Shown in pieces: positions 17,725 through 25,566 of a DNA stretch of 61,043 nt (position 1 is the first letter of the stretch; each line of letters opens with the position of its first letter). The DNA is from an uncultured Bacteroidales bacterium (lineage in GTDB: Bacteria; Bacteroidota; Bacteroidia; Bacteroidales; UBA932), in NCBI GenBank assembly GCA_946538425.1, contig CAMNGM010000001.1:1-61043 (forward strand). Direction: 5' to 3'. The notes under the pieces were generated by a model. That model was not told the origin of the DNA, made no database searches, and saw nothing but the letters and a program-made list of their open reading frames with translations. Both the position numbers and the translations under genes were made by a program.

Positions 17725-19644
17725 ATGAAAAAGATATTCAACTTCCTGTTGGTTCTCGGCGGTATGCTGATCCTGGCCGCTTCCTGCAACAAGATTCTTG
17801 AGGAGCATCCGAAGACCATCTTCACGCCCGGATATTTCAGCACGCCCGCCGGCGTGGAAGGCGGTCTGACCGCCCTGTATTCCCATCTGCGCGATGTGTA
17901 CGGCGATCCGTACACCTGGTCCGACCTCGAGGCGGCCACAGACGAGACCACGTTCTCGAACAGTGGCTTCCGGGGCAACGACTTCTCCACCGGCGCCCAT
18001 GTGACGGCCGACAACTGCCCGAAATCCGGCTTCTGGAATTTCACCTATATCAATACCGCCAACGGTATCATCGAGAATGCGACGGCGGCCGGCATGTCGG
18101 AATCCCTGATTGCGGAGGCCCGTTTCTTCCGTGCCTTCTACTATTTCGACCTGGTCCGCATCTTCGGAGGCGTGCCGCTCGACCTGGGTTCCGGCGAACT
18201 GGCTTTCAATACCAGCGCCGTCCGCGTCTCGACCCGCAACACCGTCGAAGAAGTGTACAAGAAGTGCATCTTCCCGGATCTGGAGTACGCCCTGGAGAAC
18301 ATCCCTGACAAGCCCCGTATCGGCGGCGCCCTGTCCAAGACGGCCGTACGCATTCTCCTGTCCCGCGCCTACCTGACTTATGCCTGGTGGCTGGAGAACC
18401 CGAAGGGACTTCCCACCTATCCCGAATGCACCCGCAACGCCGGCGATGCGAAGAACTACTTCCAGAAGGCGTATGACCTGGCCGTCCAGGGCATCGAGAA
18501 CCCCGGTCCGTACGGCCTGGAATCCTCCTTCTACAAAGTGTCCCTCGGCTCCAACGACTATAACAAGGAGCAGGTCTTCTACTCCGACCGCACCGAAAAG
18601 TCCGAGCAGTACAACGGCGCTCCTGTCACCGGCTGGGACCAGGGAACGAACTTCGTCTGCTGGTTCCACCAGTGGAACTATTCTGCCGCGACGGTCAACG
18701 ACAATACCGGCAAAGCCACGACCCCGATCCAGCGTACCGACAGCCAGTTCCTGGGTCGTCCCTGGACGCGTCTGGCACCTACGCACGAAGCGCTGCATAC
18801 CTTTACGGACATCGACAAGGACTCCCGTTTCGACGGTACTTTCACCTGGATTTACCGCACCAACTGGGACCAGTTCGGCGCCGATACCGAATGGGTGGTG
18901 GGCCCGCACGGCAATCACATCGGCGTCAAGGAGCCTCTCCTGGTCTTCCTTCCGTATGTGGATGAGTCGGTGACGTATCCCACTGACTTGACCGGTAATC
19001 TCGTCTCCCAGGGCTTCGGCGCCAAGGAGGGCGTGGACTCCTATGTCATCGACCTGCGCGGCATCAACCGCTTCACCTATCCGGGTCTTTGGAAACAGGG
19101 ACCGTACCGCACCAACACGGGCTCTCCTGCCGGCGCCGGTGAAGCGAATGTGGGCAGCACGCGTCCGTACATCATCTACAAGTTCTCCGAACTGTACTTC
19201 ATCGCCGCGGAAGCCCAGGTGAAGGGCGCCACCGCCAAGGCGGGCAAGTCGGCCTACGACCTGATCAATGTGATCCGTTCGCGCGCCGGCAAGTGGGAAT
19301 TCAAGAACAACGAGCAGCAGAAATACAGCGCTGACTTCAGCGCCGAGCTGACGGCGAAGACTCCGAACCCCGTGACCATCGACTTCCTCCTGGATGAGAT
19401 GCTCCGCGAATACTACGGCGAGGGCAAGCGCTGGTTCGACCTGGCGCGCACCCAGCAGTGGCTCGAGCGTGCGCAGACCTACACGATCACGGAGACGCAG
19501 ACCTCCCACACGCCCGCCAAGCTCACCCGCGACATCATCGAGCTCAACTACATGAACCCGATCCCGCAGGGCCAGATCAATGCCATGCAGATGTCTGAGG
19601 AGGAGAAGATGGCGTACCAGACGCCCGGTTACTGGCTTGAATAA
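17725..19644 (+). CDS. susD: SusD/RagB glycan-binding lipoprotein (PUL-A)
   Basis: Lipobox AASC; AEARFFRAFYYFDLVRIFGGVP; SELYFIAAEA; REYYGEGKRWFDLAR; PIPQ..I; QTPGY; directly downstream of susC. Confidence 0.95.
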   Translation: MKKIFNFLLVLGGMLILAASCNKILEEHPKTIFTPGYFSTPAGVEGGLTALYSHLRDVYGDPYTWSDLEAATDETTFSNSGFRGNDFSTGAHVTADNCPKSGFWNFTYINTANGIIENATAAGMSESLIAEARFFRAFYYFDLVRIFGGVPLDLGSGELAFNTSAVRVSTRNTVEEVYKKCIFPDLEYALENIPDKPRIGGALSKTAVRILLSRAYLTYAWWLENPKGLPTYPECTRNAGDAKNYFQKAYDLAVQGIENPGPYGLESSFYKVSLGSNDYNKEQVFYSDRTEKSEQYNGAPVTGWDQGTNFVCWFHQWNYSAATVNDNTGKATTPIQRTDSQFLGRPWTRLAPTHEALHTFTDIDKDSRFDGTFTWIYRTNWDQFGADTEWVVGPHGNHIGVKEPLLVFLPYVDESVTYPTDLTGNLVSQGFGAKEGVDSYVIDLRGINRFTYPGLWKQGPYRTNTGSPAGAGEANVGSTRPYIIYKFSELYFIAAEAQVKGATAKAGKSAYDLINVIRSRAGKWEFKNNEQQKYSADFSAELTAKTPNPVTIDFLLDEMLREYYGEGKRWFDLARTQQWLERAQTYTITETQTSHTPAKLTRDIIELNYMNPIPQGQINAMQMSEEEKMAYQTPGYWLE

Positions 19645-19682
19645 GACAGCAGTGGTTGGTTAGAATACTTGATGGTTGGGAT

Positions 19683-19720
19683 GAAGGGGCGACCTGACGA
19701 GGCCGCCCCTTCTGCTTTTG
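19683..19720 (+). terminator. Terminator hairpin after susD1
   Basis: GAAGGGGCG-acctgacgaggc-CGCCCCTTC followed by tgcttttg. Confidence 0.7.
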
Positions 19721-19751
19721 AGAACTGCGAAATAATGCGCATATTTGCATA
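19717..19751 (+). promoter_or_regulatory. Putative promoter of cassette copy 1 (TTTG-N19-CATATTTG)
   Basis: TTTG 19717-19720, 19 nt, CATATTTG 19740-19747, 4 nt, ATG. The same geometry recurs before copy 2. Confidence 0.6.
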
Positions 19752-21164
19752 ATGCTAACCAAAGAGAAACCGTTCCGTCCCGGCCTCGTGGCCGCCGTCC
19801 TGGCTTTCCTGGGATCGTGGTCCTTTTTCCTGTTCGCCTACCCGTATCACCTGATGCGCCGCGAGCAGCAGAACCTGTTCCTCTTCGATGGTTTCTATAT
19901 CCGCGAAACATACCGGGGAATGGGTTGTCTGGGGCGTTTCGTGGCCGATTTCCTGGAGCAGTTCTTCCTGGCCCCCGTTCCGGCGTCGCTCATCGTGGCC
20001 CTGCTGCTGACGGGGATCGGCGTGGTGGTGTTCCGGATCTGCCGGCATTTCCTGGGGAAGTGGCCGTCCCTCGGCGTTGCGGCGCTCTTTTTCGTATGGT
20101 CCTTCCTGCGGGAAACGGGGAATCTTTACCTGACCCGCTATACGGTGGCCACGCTGGCGCTTCTTTCCCTGGTCTTGCTGGCGCTGCAGTTCAAGAACGC
20201 CTGGCTTCGGCCGATTGCGGCCGTGCTGCTGGTCGGTGTCGGGATCTGGGCCTTCGGCTCTCCGGTCCATCAGGTCTACGGCAAAGCCTGGAGCGTACCC
20301 CAGTTCAAATACGAACGGGTGATCGGGCTGGATACGGAAGCGTGCCGGGAGAACTGGGACAAGGTCTTGCAGCTGTCGAAGGTGGACTTGTACACGGAAG
20401 AGGCCAGCTATTGCTACAACCTGGCCCTTGCGATGAAAGGCCGCCTGGGCGACGATCTTTTCGACCATTCGCAAAACCATCATTTTTCGCTCTTGTTCCC
20501 GGCTTCCTCGGAACAGACCGTCATGACCAACGCCATGGCGGGAGAAGCCTGGTTCCAGCTGGGCGACATGACCGTGGCGGAACAGAGCGCCATCACCTCG
20601 CTCCAGGCGTCGCCCAAGCACACCGGTGCGCGTTATCTGGTGCGCCTGGCCCGCGTGAACCTGATTTCGGGAGAGAATGGCGCGGCGATGAAATACCTGA
20701 CCATCCTCGGCAAGACGCTCTTCTACGGGAAGTGGGCACGGAGCATGATGCCAGGCCGCCAGGATGAGGCCGTGCGCGCGCAATTGTCCGACGCGCATGC
20801 CCGGCTGGCGCGGAAGGACATCGTCCACCAGCTGGACCGCCCCCGGGAACAGCTGCTCGGGCTGCTGGAGGCCGATCCGGCCAATGCGGCCGCCCGGAAT
20901 TACCTGCTCTGCTACGACCTGCTGACCTATGACCTGGACGCTTTCATGCGTGATTATACCCCGGACATGATCAAGGGCCGGCTCTATCAGGAAGCCGTTC
21001 TCCTCTGGCTCACCCTGCAGGGCCGACTGACGCCGGACGAAATCGCCCGCTACGGGATGGATCTCTCGGTTTCCGACCGGATGAACCGCTTCGGCCTGAA
21101 TCCCTCCGCCTTTAAAAACACCTACTGGTACTACTACCTAAAAGCGATGAACAAGCAGCAATAA
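19752..21164 (+). CDS. DUF6057-like membrane protein, copy 1 (about 5 N-terminal TM helices + helical/TPR-like soluble domain)
   Basis: YPYHL..REQ.NLFLFD, FVADFLEQFF, YCYNLALA, GEAWFQLG, RLARVNLISG, KYL..L.KTLFY.KWA, YLLC.DL, C-terminal NTYWYYY; matches the Bacteroidales DUF6057 family as recalled. Confidence 0.8.
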   Translation: MLTKEKPFRPGLVAAVLAFLGSWSFFLFAYPYHLMRREQQNLFLFDGFYIRETYRGMGCLGRFVADFLEQFFLAPVPASLIVALLLTGIGVVVFRICRHFLGKWPSLGVAALFFVWSFLRETGNLYLTRYTVATLALLSLVLLALQFKNAWLRPIAAVLLVGVGIWAFGSPVHQVYGKAWSVPQFKYERVIGLDTEACRENWDKVLQLSKVDLYTEEASYCYNLALAMKGRLGDDLFDHSQNHHFSLLFPASSEQTVMTNAMAGEAWFQLGDMTVAEQSAITSLQASPKHTGARYLVRLARVNLISGENGAAMKYLTILGKTLFYGKWARSMMPGRQDEAVRAQLSDAHARLARKDIVHQLDRPREQLLGLLEADPANAAARNYLLCYDLLTYDLDAFMRDYTPDMIKGRLYQEAVLLWLTLQGRLTPDEIARYGMDLSVSDRMNRFGLNPSAFKNTYWYYYLKAMNKQQ

Positions 21165-21167
21165 CCC

Positions 21168-22628
21168 ATGAGGAACACGATTAAATACCTGTTGTTCGCC
21201 TTTTTGGCATGCCAGACGCTGCCGGGCTGCGGTGGGCCGGACATCGTGACCGCCGTGGACGGCAGCGAGGGTCCCCTGGTGATCTATCCGGACTACAAGG
21301 AGGTCACCATTCCGGCCAACATCGCGCCGCTCAATTTCCGGTATGCCATGCCGGATGTCCGGCATGCGCGGACGACCTTCATCCTGGGTGACAAGTCCGT
21401 CGTGCTCAGAGGGACCGAGGTGGAATGGCGCCTGGGCAAATGGAAGGCTTTTCTGGCCGATGCGGCCGGCCAGACCGTCACGGTGAAGGCGGAGGCCGTC
21501 GTGAACGGACAGAAGGTTTCCGACCAATGGTCCATTTTCGTGAGCGAGGATCCGATGGACGGATGGCTGACCTACCGCCTCATCGAACCGTCCTACCAGA
21601 TGTACAACGAGGTCTCGATCCAGGAACGCTGTGTCGAGACTTTCGAGGAAACGGTCCTCTGCGACCACCGGGTGACGGACAACGCCTGTATGAACTGCCA
21701 TGTCCATGGACAGTCGCGCGGGGATTATTCCCTCTACTACATCCGCGGTCCACAGGGCGGCAGCATCCTGAACCAGAACGGCAAGCTCCGGAAGCTCTCG
21801 CTCAAGAACGATGACATGCTTTCCGCCACCGTATACGGGGAACTTCATCCGGACGGCCGTTTCGGCGTGTTCTCCACCAACATCATCCTGCCGAGTTTCC
21901 ATACCCTGACGGGCATGCGGATGGAGGTCTTCGACACCGGGTCCGACCTGACGGTCGCGGATTTCGAGAACAACCGGATGATCAACGTCCCGCATGTGGC
22001 CCGGCCCGACAAGTTCGAGACGTTCCCGTGCTTCTCGGCCGACGGGCGTTCGGTCTACTACTGCGTGGCGGACTCGGTGGCCCTGCCCGAGAACGTCCAG
22101 GAATGCCTCTACGACCTCGTCCGGGCCGATTTCGACCCCGAGACCGGACTCATCGGCGAGCAGGTGGATACGGTCTGGAGTGCGCGGACGAACAACGGCT
22201 CCGTCTGCCATCCGAAGGTCTCTCCGGACGGCCGCTGGCTGATGTTCACCGTGGCCGATTACGGCACTTTCCCGTTGTTCCATCCCGAATGCACCCTGTA
22301 CCTGACGGACCTGCAGTCCGGCGAAATCCGTCCGATGGACGAGATCAAGGGGAACAAGTCCGACTCCTACCACAGCTGGTCCTCCAACAGCCGCTGGTTC
22401 GTCTTTGCGAGCAAGCGGGGCGACGGCCAGTACGGAAAGCCCTATTTCTGCCACCTGGACGCGGACGGGCGCACGACCAAGCCGTTCGTCCTGCCGCAGA
22501 AATCCTCCCGCTTTTATGTCTATGGCATGAAGTCCTTCAACGTTCCGGACCTTGGGAATGCCTCCACCGGCATGACCGTCCAGGATGCCCGGCGGATGTT
22601 CAAGGCGGAAAGCGAGCCTTTCCGGTAA
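21168..22628 (+). CDS. PD40/TolB-like beta-propeller lipoprotein with CxxCH motif, copy 1
   Basis: Lipobox LPGC; IYPDY..VTIP.NIAPLNF; LTYRLIEP; CMNCH (21687-21701); PD40 repeats FPCFSADGR, HPKVSPDGRWLMF, YHSWSSNSRWFVFASKR. Confidence 0.82.
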   Translation: MRNTIKYLLFAFLACQTLPGCGGPDIVTAVDGSEGPLVIYPDYKEVTIPANIAPLNFRYAMPDVRHARTTFILGDKSVVLRGTEVEWRLGKWKAFLADAAGQTVTVKAEAVVNGQKVSDQWSIFVSEDPMDGWLTYRLIEPSYQMYNEVSIQERCVETFEETVLCDHRVTDNACMNCHVHGQSRGDYSLYYIRGPQGGSILNQNGKLRKLSLKNDDMLSATVYGELHPDGRFGVFSTNIILPSFHTLTGMRMEVFDTGSDLTVADFENNRMINVPHVARPDKFETFPCFSADGRSVYYCVADSVALPENVQECLYDLVRADFDPETGLIGEQVDTVWSARTNNGSVCHPKVSPDGRWLMFTVADYGTFPLFHPECTLYLTDLQSGEIRPMDEIKGNKSDSYHSWSSNSRWFVFASKRGDGQYGKPYFCHLDADGRTTKPFVLPQKSSRFYVYGMKSFNVPDLGNASTGMTVQDARRMFKAESEPFR

Positions 22629-22640
22629 CCGCCCCCTTCC

Positions 22641-22675
22641 TTTGAGAAGCGGGAAAATTTTCGCATCTTTGTAAA
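22641..22675 (+). promoter_or_regulatory. Putative promoter of cassette copy 2 (TTTG-N19-CATCTTTG)
   Basis: TTTG 22641-22644, 19 nt, CATCTTTG 22664-22671, 4 nt, GTG start. Confidence 0.6.
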
Positions 22676-24091
22676 GTGGTAAAGCAAGGAATCAAATCGC
22701 AAGCAGGGCATCTGGCGGCAGCGCTGGCCTTCCTGGGCTCGTTCTGTTTCTTCCAGTTCGCCTATCCGTATCATCTGATGCGCCGGGAGCAGTTGAACCT
22801 GTTCCTCTTCGACGGAGACTATATATCGCAGACCTATCGGGGGACGGGTTGGCTGGTCCGTTTCGTGGCCGATTTCCTGGAGCAGTTCTTCCACCTGCCT
22901 GTCGCCGGGCCGCTCATCGTGGCGCTCATCCTGACAGCCATCGGCTGGGCCGCCTTCAAGATTTGCCGGCGTTTCATGGGAATGTGGCCGTCGCTCGCCG
23001 TCGGTCTCCTGTTTTTCGCCTGGTCGTTCCTGCGGGAGATGGGAAACCTGTATCAGACCCGCTACACGCTGGTCGTCCTGGGTTTTCTCCTCTTGCTCCT
23101 GCTGGCGCTCCAGTTCCGGAAGGCCTGGCTCCAGGCCGTCGCGGCGGTGGTTTTCCTTGCCGCCGGCGCCTGGGCGCTGGGCACCCCTTACCACAAGGAT
23201 TACGGAAAGCTCTGGAATGTCCCGAAATTGGACTATGAAAGGATCATCGGGCTGGATGTGGAGTGCGTGCGGGAGAATTGGGACAAGGTCCTCGAACTTT
23301 CCAAGGTGGACCTGTACATGGAAGAAGCGAGCTATTGCTACAACCTGGCCCATGCGATGAAGGGCAACCTGGGCGAAACCCTGCTCGACCATTCGCAGAA
23401 CCATCATCTCACCCTGCTGTTCCCGGTTTCCTCCGAGCGGGCGGTGTTCTCCAACACCCTGGCCGGCGAAGCCTGGTTCCAGCTGGGCGACATGACCGTG
23501 GCGGAGCAGAGCGCCATCACCTCGCTGCAGGCTTCCCCGAGGCACACGGGCGCCCGTTTCCTGGTCCGCCTGGCGCGGGTGAACCTCATTTCGGGAGAAG
23601 ATGCCGCGGCGACGAAATACCTGGACATCCTCAGCAAGACCCTCTTCTACGGCAAGTGGGCCCGGAGCCGGATGCCCGGCCATCAGGACGAGTCCGTCCG
23701 GGCGGAGCTTGCCCGGGCGCGGGCGCGGATGATGAGGCGGGATTTCGTCCACCATTCGGACAATCCCCGGGCCGTCCTGCATGAACTCCTGAAGGCGGAT
23801 CCCGGCAACCGGGCGGCGCGCGAATACCTGCTCTGCTTCGACTTGATGGGGTACAATCTGGACGGATTCATCGAGGATTATGTCCCGGACAAGATCAAGG
23901 GCCATCTCTACAACGAGGCCATCCTGATCTGGCTCAGCCAGCACGACCGGTTGAATCCGGAGGAGGTGGCCCGCTTTGGGGTGGACATGTCCGAAGTGGA
24001 CCGGATGAACCGTTTCGGCCGGAATCCGAACGCTTTCAGGAACACATACTGGTATTACTATTTAATGGCGATGCAGGAGGCGCAGCGGTAA
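22676..24091 (+). CDS. DUF6057-like membrane protein, copy 2 (GTG start)
   Basis: Collinear paralog of 19752-21164 (471 vs 470 aa) with the same motifs. Confidence 0.8.
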   Translation: MVKQGIKSQAGHLAAALAFLGSFCFFQFAYPYHLMRREQLNLFLFDGDYISQTYRGTGWLVRFVADFLEQFFHLPVAGPLIVALILTAIGWAAFKICRRFMGMWPSLAVGLLFFAWSFLREMGNLYQTRYTLVVLGFLLLLLLALQFRKAWLQAVAAVVFLAAGAWALGTPYHKDYGKLWNVPKLDYERIIGLDVECVRENWDKVLELSKVDLYMEEASYCYNLAHAMKGNLGETLLDHSQNHHLTLLFPVSSERAVFSNTLAGEAWFQLGDMTVAEQSAITSLQASPRHTGARFLVRLARVNLISGEDAAATKYLDILSKTLFYGKWARSRMPGHQDESVRAELARARARMMRRDFVHHSDNPRAVLHELLKADPGNRAAREYLLCFDLMGYNLDGFIEDYVPDKIKGHLYNEAILIWLSQHDRLNPEEVARFGVDMSEVDRMNRFGRNPNAFRNTYWYYYLMAMQEAQR

Positions 24092-24094
24092 GTT

Positions 24095-25549
24095 ATGCGT
24101 TTTGGTAAACTGATCCCGGCCCTCTGGGCGTGTGTGGTGCTTTCCGGTTGCGGCGGGGGAGATCCCGTCACGGCCGTGGACGGCAGCGAAGGCCCTCTGG
24201 TGATCTATCCGGACTACAAGGATGTCACCATTCCGGCCAACATCGCGCCGCTCAATTTCCGGTATGCGATGAAGGACGTCCGGAAGGCGAAGACGACCTT
24301 CACCCTGGGCGACAAGTCCGTCACGATCCGGGGCGACGAAGTGGAATGGCGCCTCGGCGCCTGGAAGAAATTCCTCGAAGGGGCTGAGGGACAGACGATC
24401 GCTGTGACGGCAGAAGCCGTCGTCGAGGGCAATCCGCTCACGGACCGGTGGTCCATCCAGGTGAGCGAGGACCCCGTCGACGGTTGGCTGACCTACCGGC
24501 TCATCGAACCGTCCTACCAGATGTACCACGAGGTGTCCATCCGGGAGCGCTGCATCGAGAACTTCGACGAAACCGTGATCTGTGACTGGCAGCATACGGA
24601 AAACGCCTGCATGAACTGCCACGTCCATGGGCAGTCGCGGGGGGATTATTCCCTGTACTACATCCGCGGGCCGAAGGGGGGCAGTATCCTGAACCAGAAC
24701 GGCAAGCTCCGGAAGCTCGCGCTCAAGGCGGACGGGATGCTCTCCGCCACCGTGTATGGAGAGCTGCATCCTGGCGGCCGTTTCGGCGTCTTCTCGACCA
24801 ACATCATCCTGCCCAGTTTCCATACCCAGGCGGTTGCACGCATGGAGGTGTATGATTCGGCCTCCGACCTGACGGTCGCGGATTTCGAAAACAACCGGAT
24901 GATCAACGTCCCGCATGTGGCCCGCCCCGACAAATTCGAGACGTTCCCTTGCTTCTCGGCCGACGGCCGGTCGGTCTATTACTGCGTGGCTGACACCGTG
25001 GCCCTGCCGCAGGACATCATGAACGCCAAGTACGACCTGCTCCGGGCCGATTTCGATCCCGAAACCGGCCTCATCGGCGAGCGGGTGGATACGGTCTGGA
25101 GCGCATGGACGAACCATGGCTCCGTCTGCCATCCGAAGGCCTCTCCCGATGGCCGCTGGCTGATGTTCACCGTGGCCGATTATGGCACCTTCCCGCTGTT
25201 CCATCCCGAGTGCACCCTCTACCTGGCGGACCTGCAGACCGGCGAAATCCGTCCGATGGACGAGATCAAGGGGAACAAGTCCGACTCCTACCACAGCTGG
25301 TCCTCCAACAGCCGCTGGTTCGTCTTTGCGAGCAAGCGGGGCGACGGCCAGTACGGAAAGCCCTATTTCTGCCACCTGGACGCGGACGGGCGCACGACCA
25401 AGCCCTTCGTCCTGCCGCAGAAATCCTCCCGTTTCTATCTCTATAACTTGAAGTCCTTCAACGTTCCGGACCTCGGGAATGCCTCCACCGGCATGACCGT
25501 CAAGGACGCCCGCCGGATGTTCGAGGCGGAAAGCGAAATCTTTCAGTAA
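24095..25549 (+). CDS. PD40/TolB-like beta-propeller lipoprotein with CxxCH motif, copy 2
   Basis: Lipobox LSGC; CMNCH at 24608-24622; collinear paralog of 21168-22628. Confidence 0.82.
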   Translation: MRFGKLIPALWACVVLSGCGGGDPVTAVDGSEGPLVIYPDYKDVTIPANIAPLNFRYAMKDVRKAKTTFTLGDKSVTIRGDEVEWRLGAWKKFLEGAEGQTIAVTAEAVVEGNPLTDRWSIQVSEDPVDGWLTYRLIEPSYQMYHEVSIRERCIENFDETVICDWQHTENACMNCHVHGQSRGDYSLYYIRGPKGGSILNQNGKLRKLALKADGMLSATVYGELHPGGRFGVFSTNIILPSFHTQAVARMEVYDSASDLTVADFENNRMINVPHVARPDKFETFPCFSADGRSVYYCVADTVALPQDIMNAKYDLLRADFDPETGLIGERVDTVWSAWTNHGSVCHPKASPDGRWLMFTVADYGTFPLFHPECTLYLADLQTGEIRPMDEIKGNKSDSYHSWSSNSRWFVFASKRGDGQYGKPYFCHLDADGRTTKPFVLPQKSSRFYLYNLKSFNVPDLGNASTGMTVKDARRMFEAESEIFQ

Positions 25550-25566
25550 GAAACAACCCTAAAAAT

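Larger units (their letters stand above)
19717..25549 (+). repeat. Tandem duplication of a ~2.92 kb two-gene cassette
   Basis: Units about 19717-22628 and 22641-25549 align end to end, including promoter geometry and the 3-nt intergenic gap; identical tract 22318-22483 = 25239-25404. Confidence 0.93.

Noticed and set aside
14680-19509. Very long antisense ORFs (14680-19509, 36646-40680, 50011-54237, 46805-49894 and many smaller ones)
   Set aside because: They are in-frame shadows of real genes, caused by high GC3 and stop-poor antisense frames; no recognisable motifs.
21168-25549. Calling the propeller proteins TolB
   Set aside because: Only PD40 repeats are shared. There is no tolQRA-pal context, and they carry a lipobox and CxxCH.
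19717-25549. Cassette duplication as an assembly artefact or mobile element
   Set aside because: The copies are substantially diverged with intact frames; no transposase, integrase or terminal repeats were seen.
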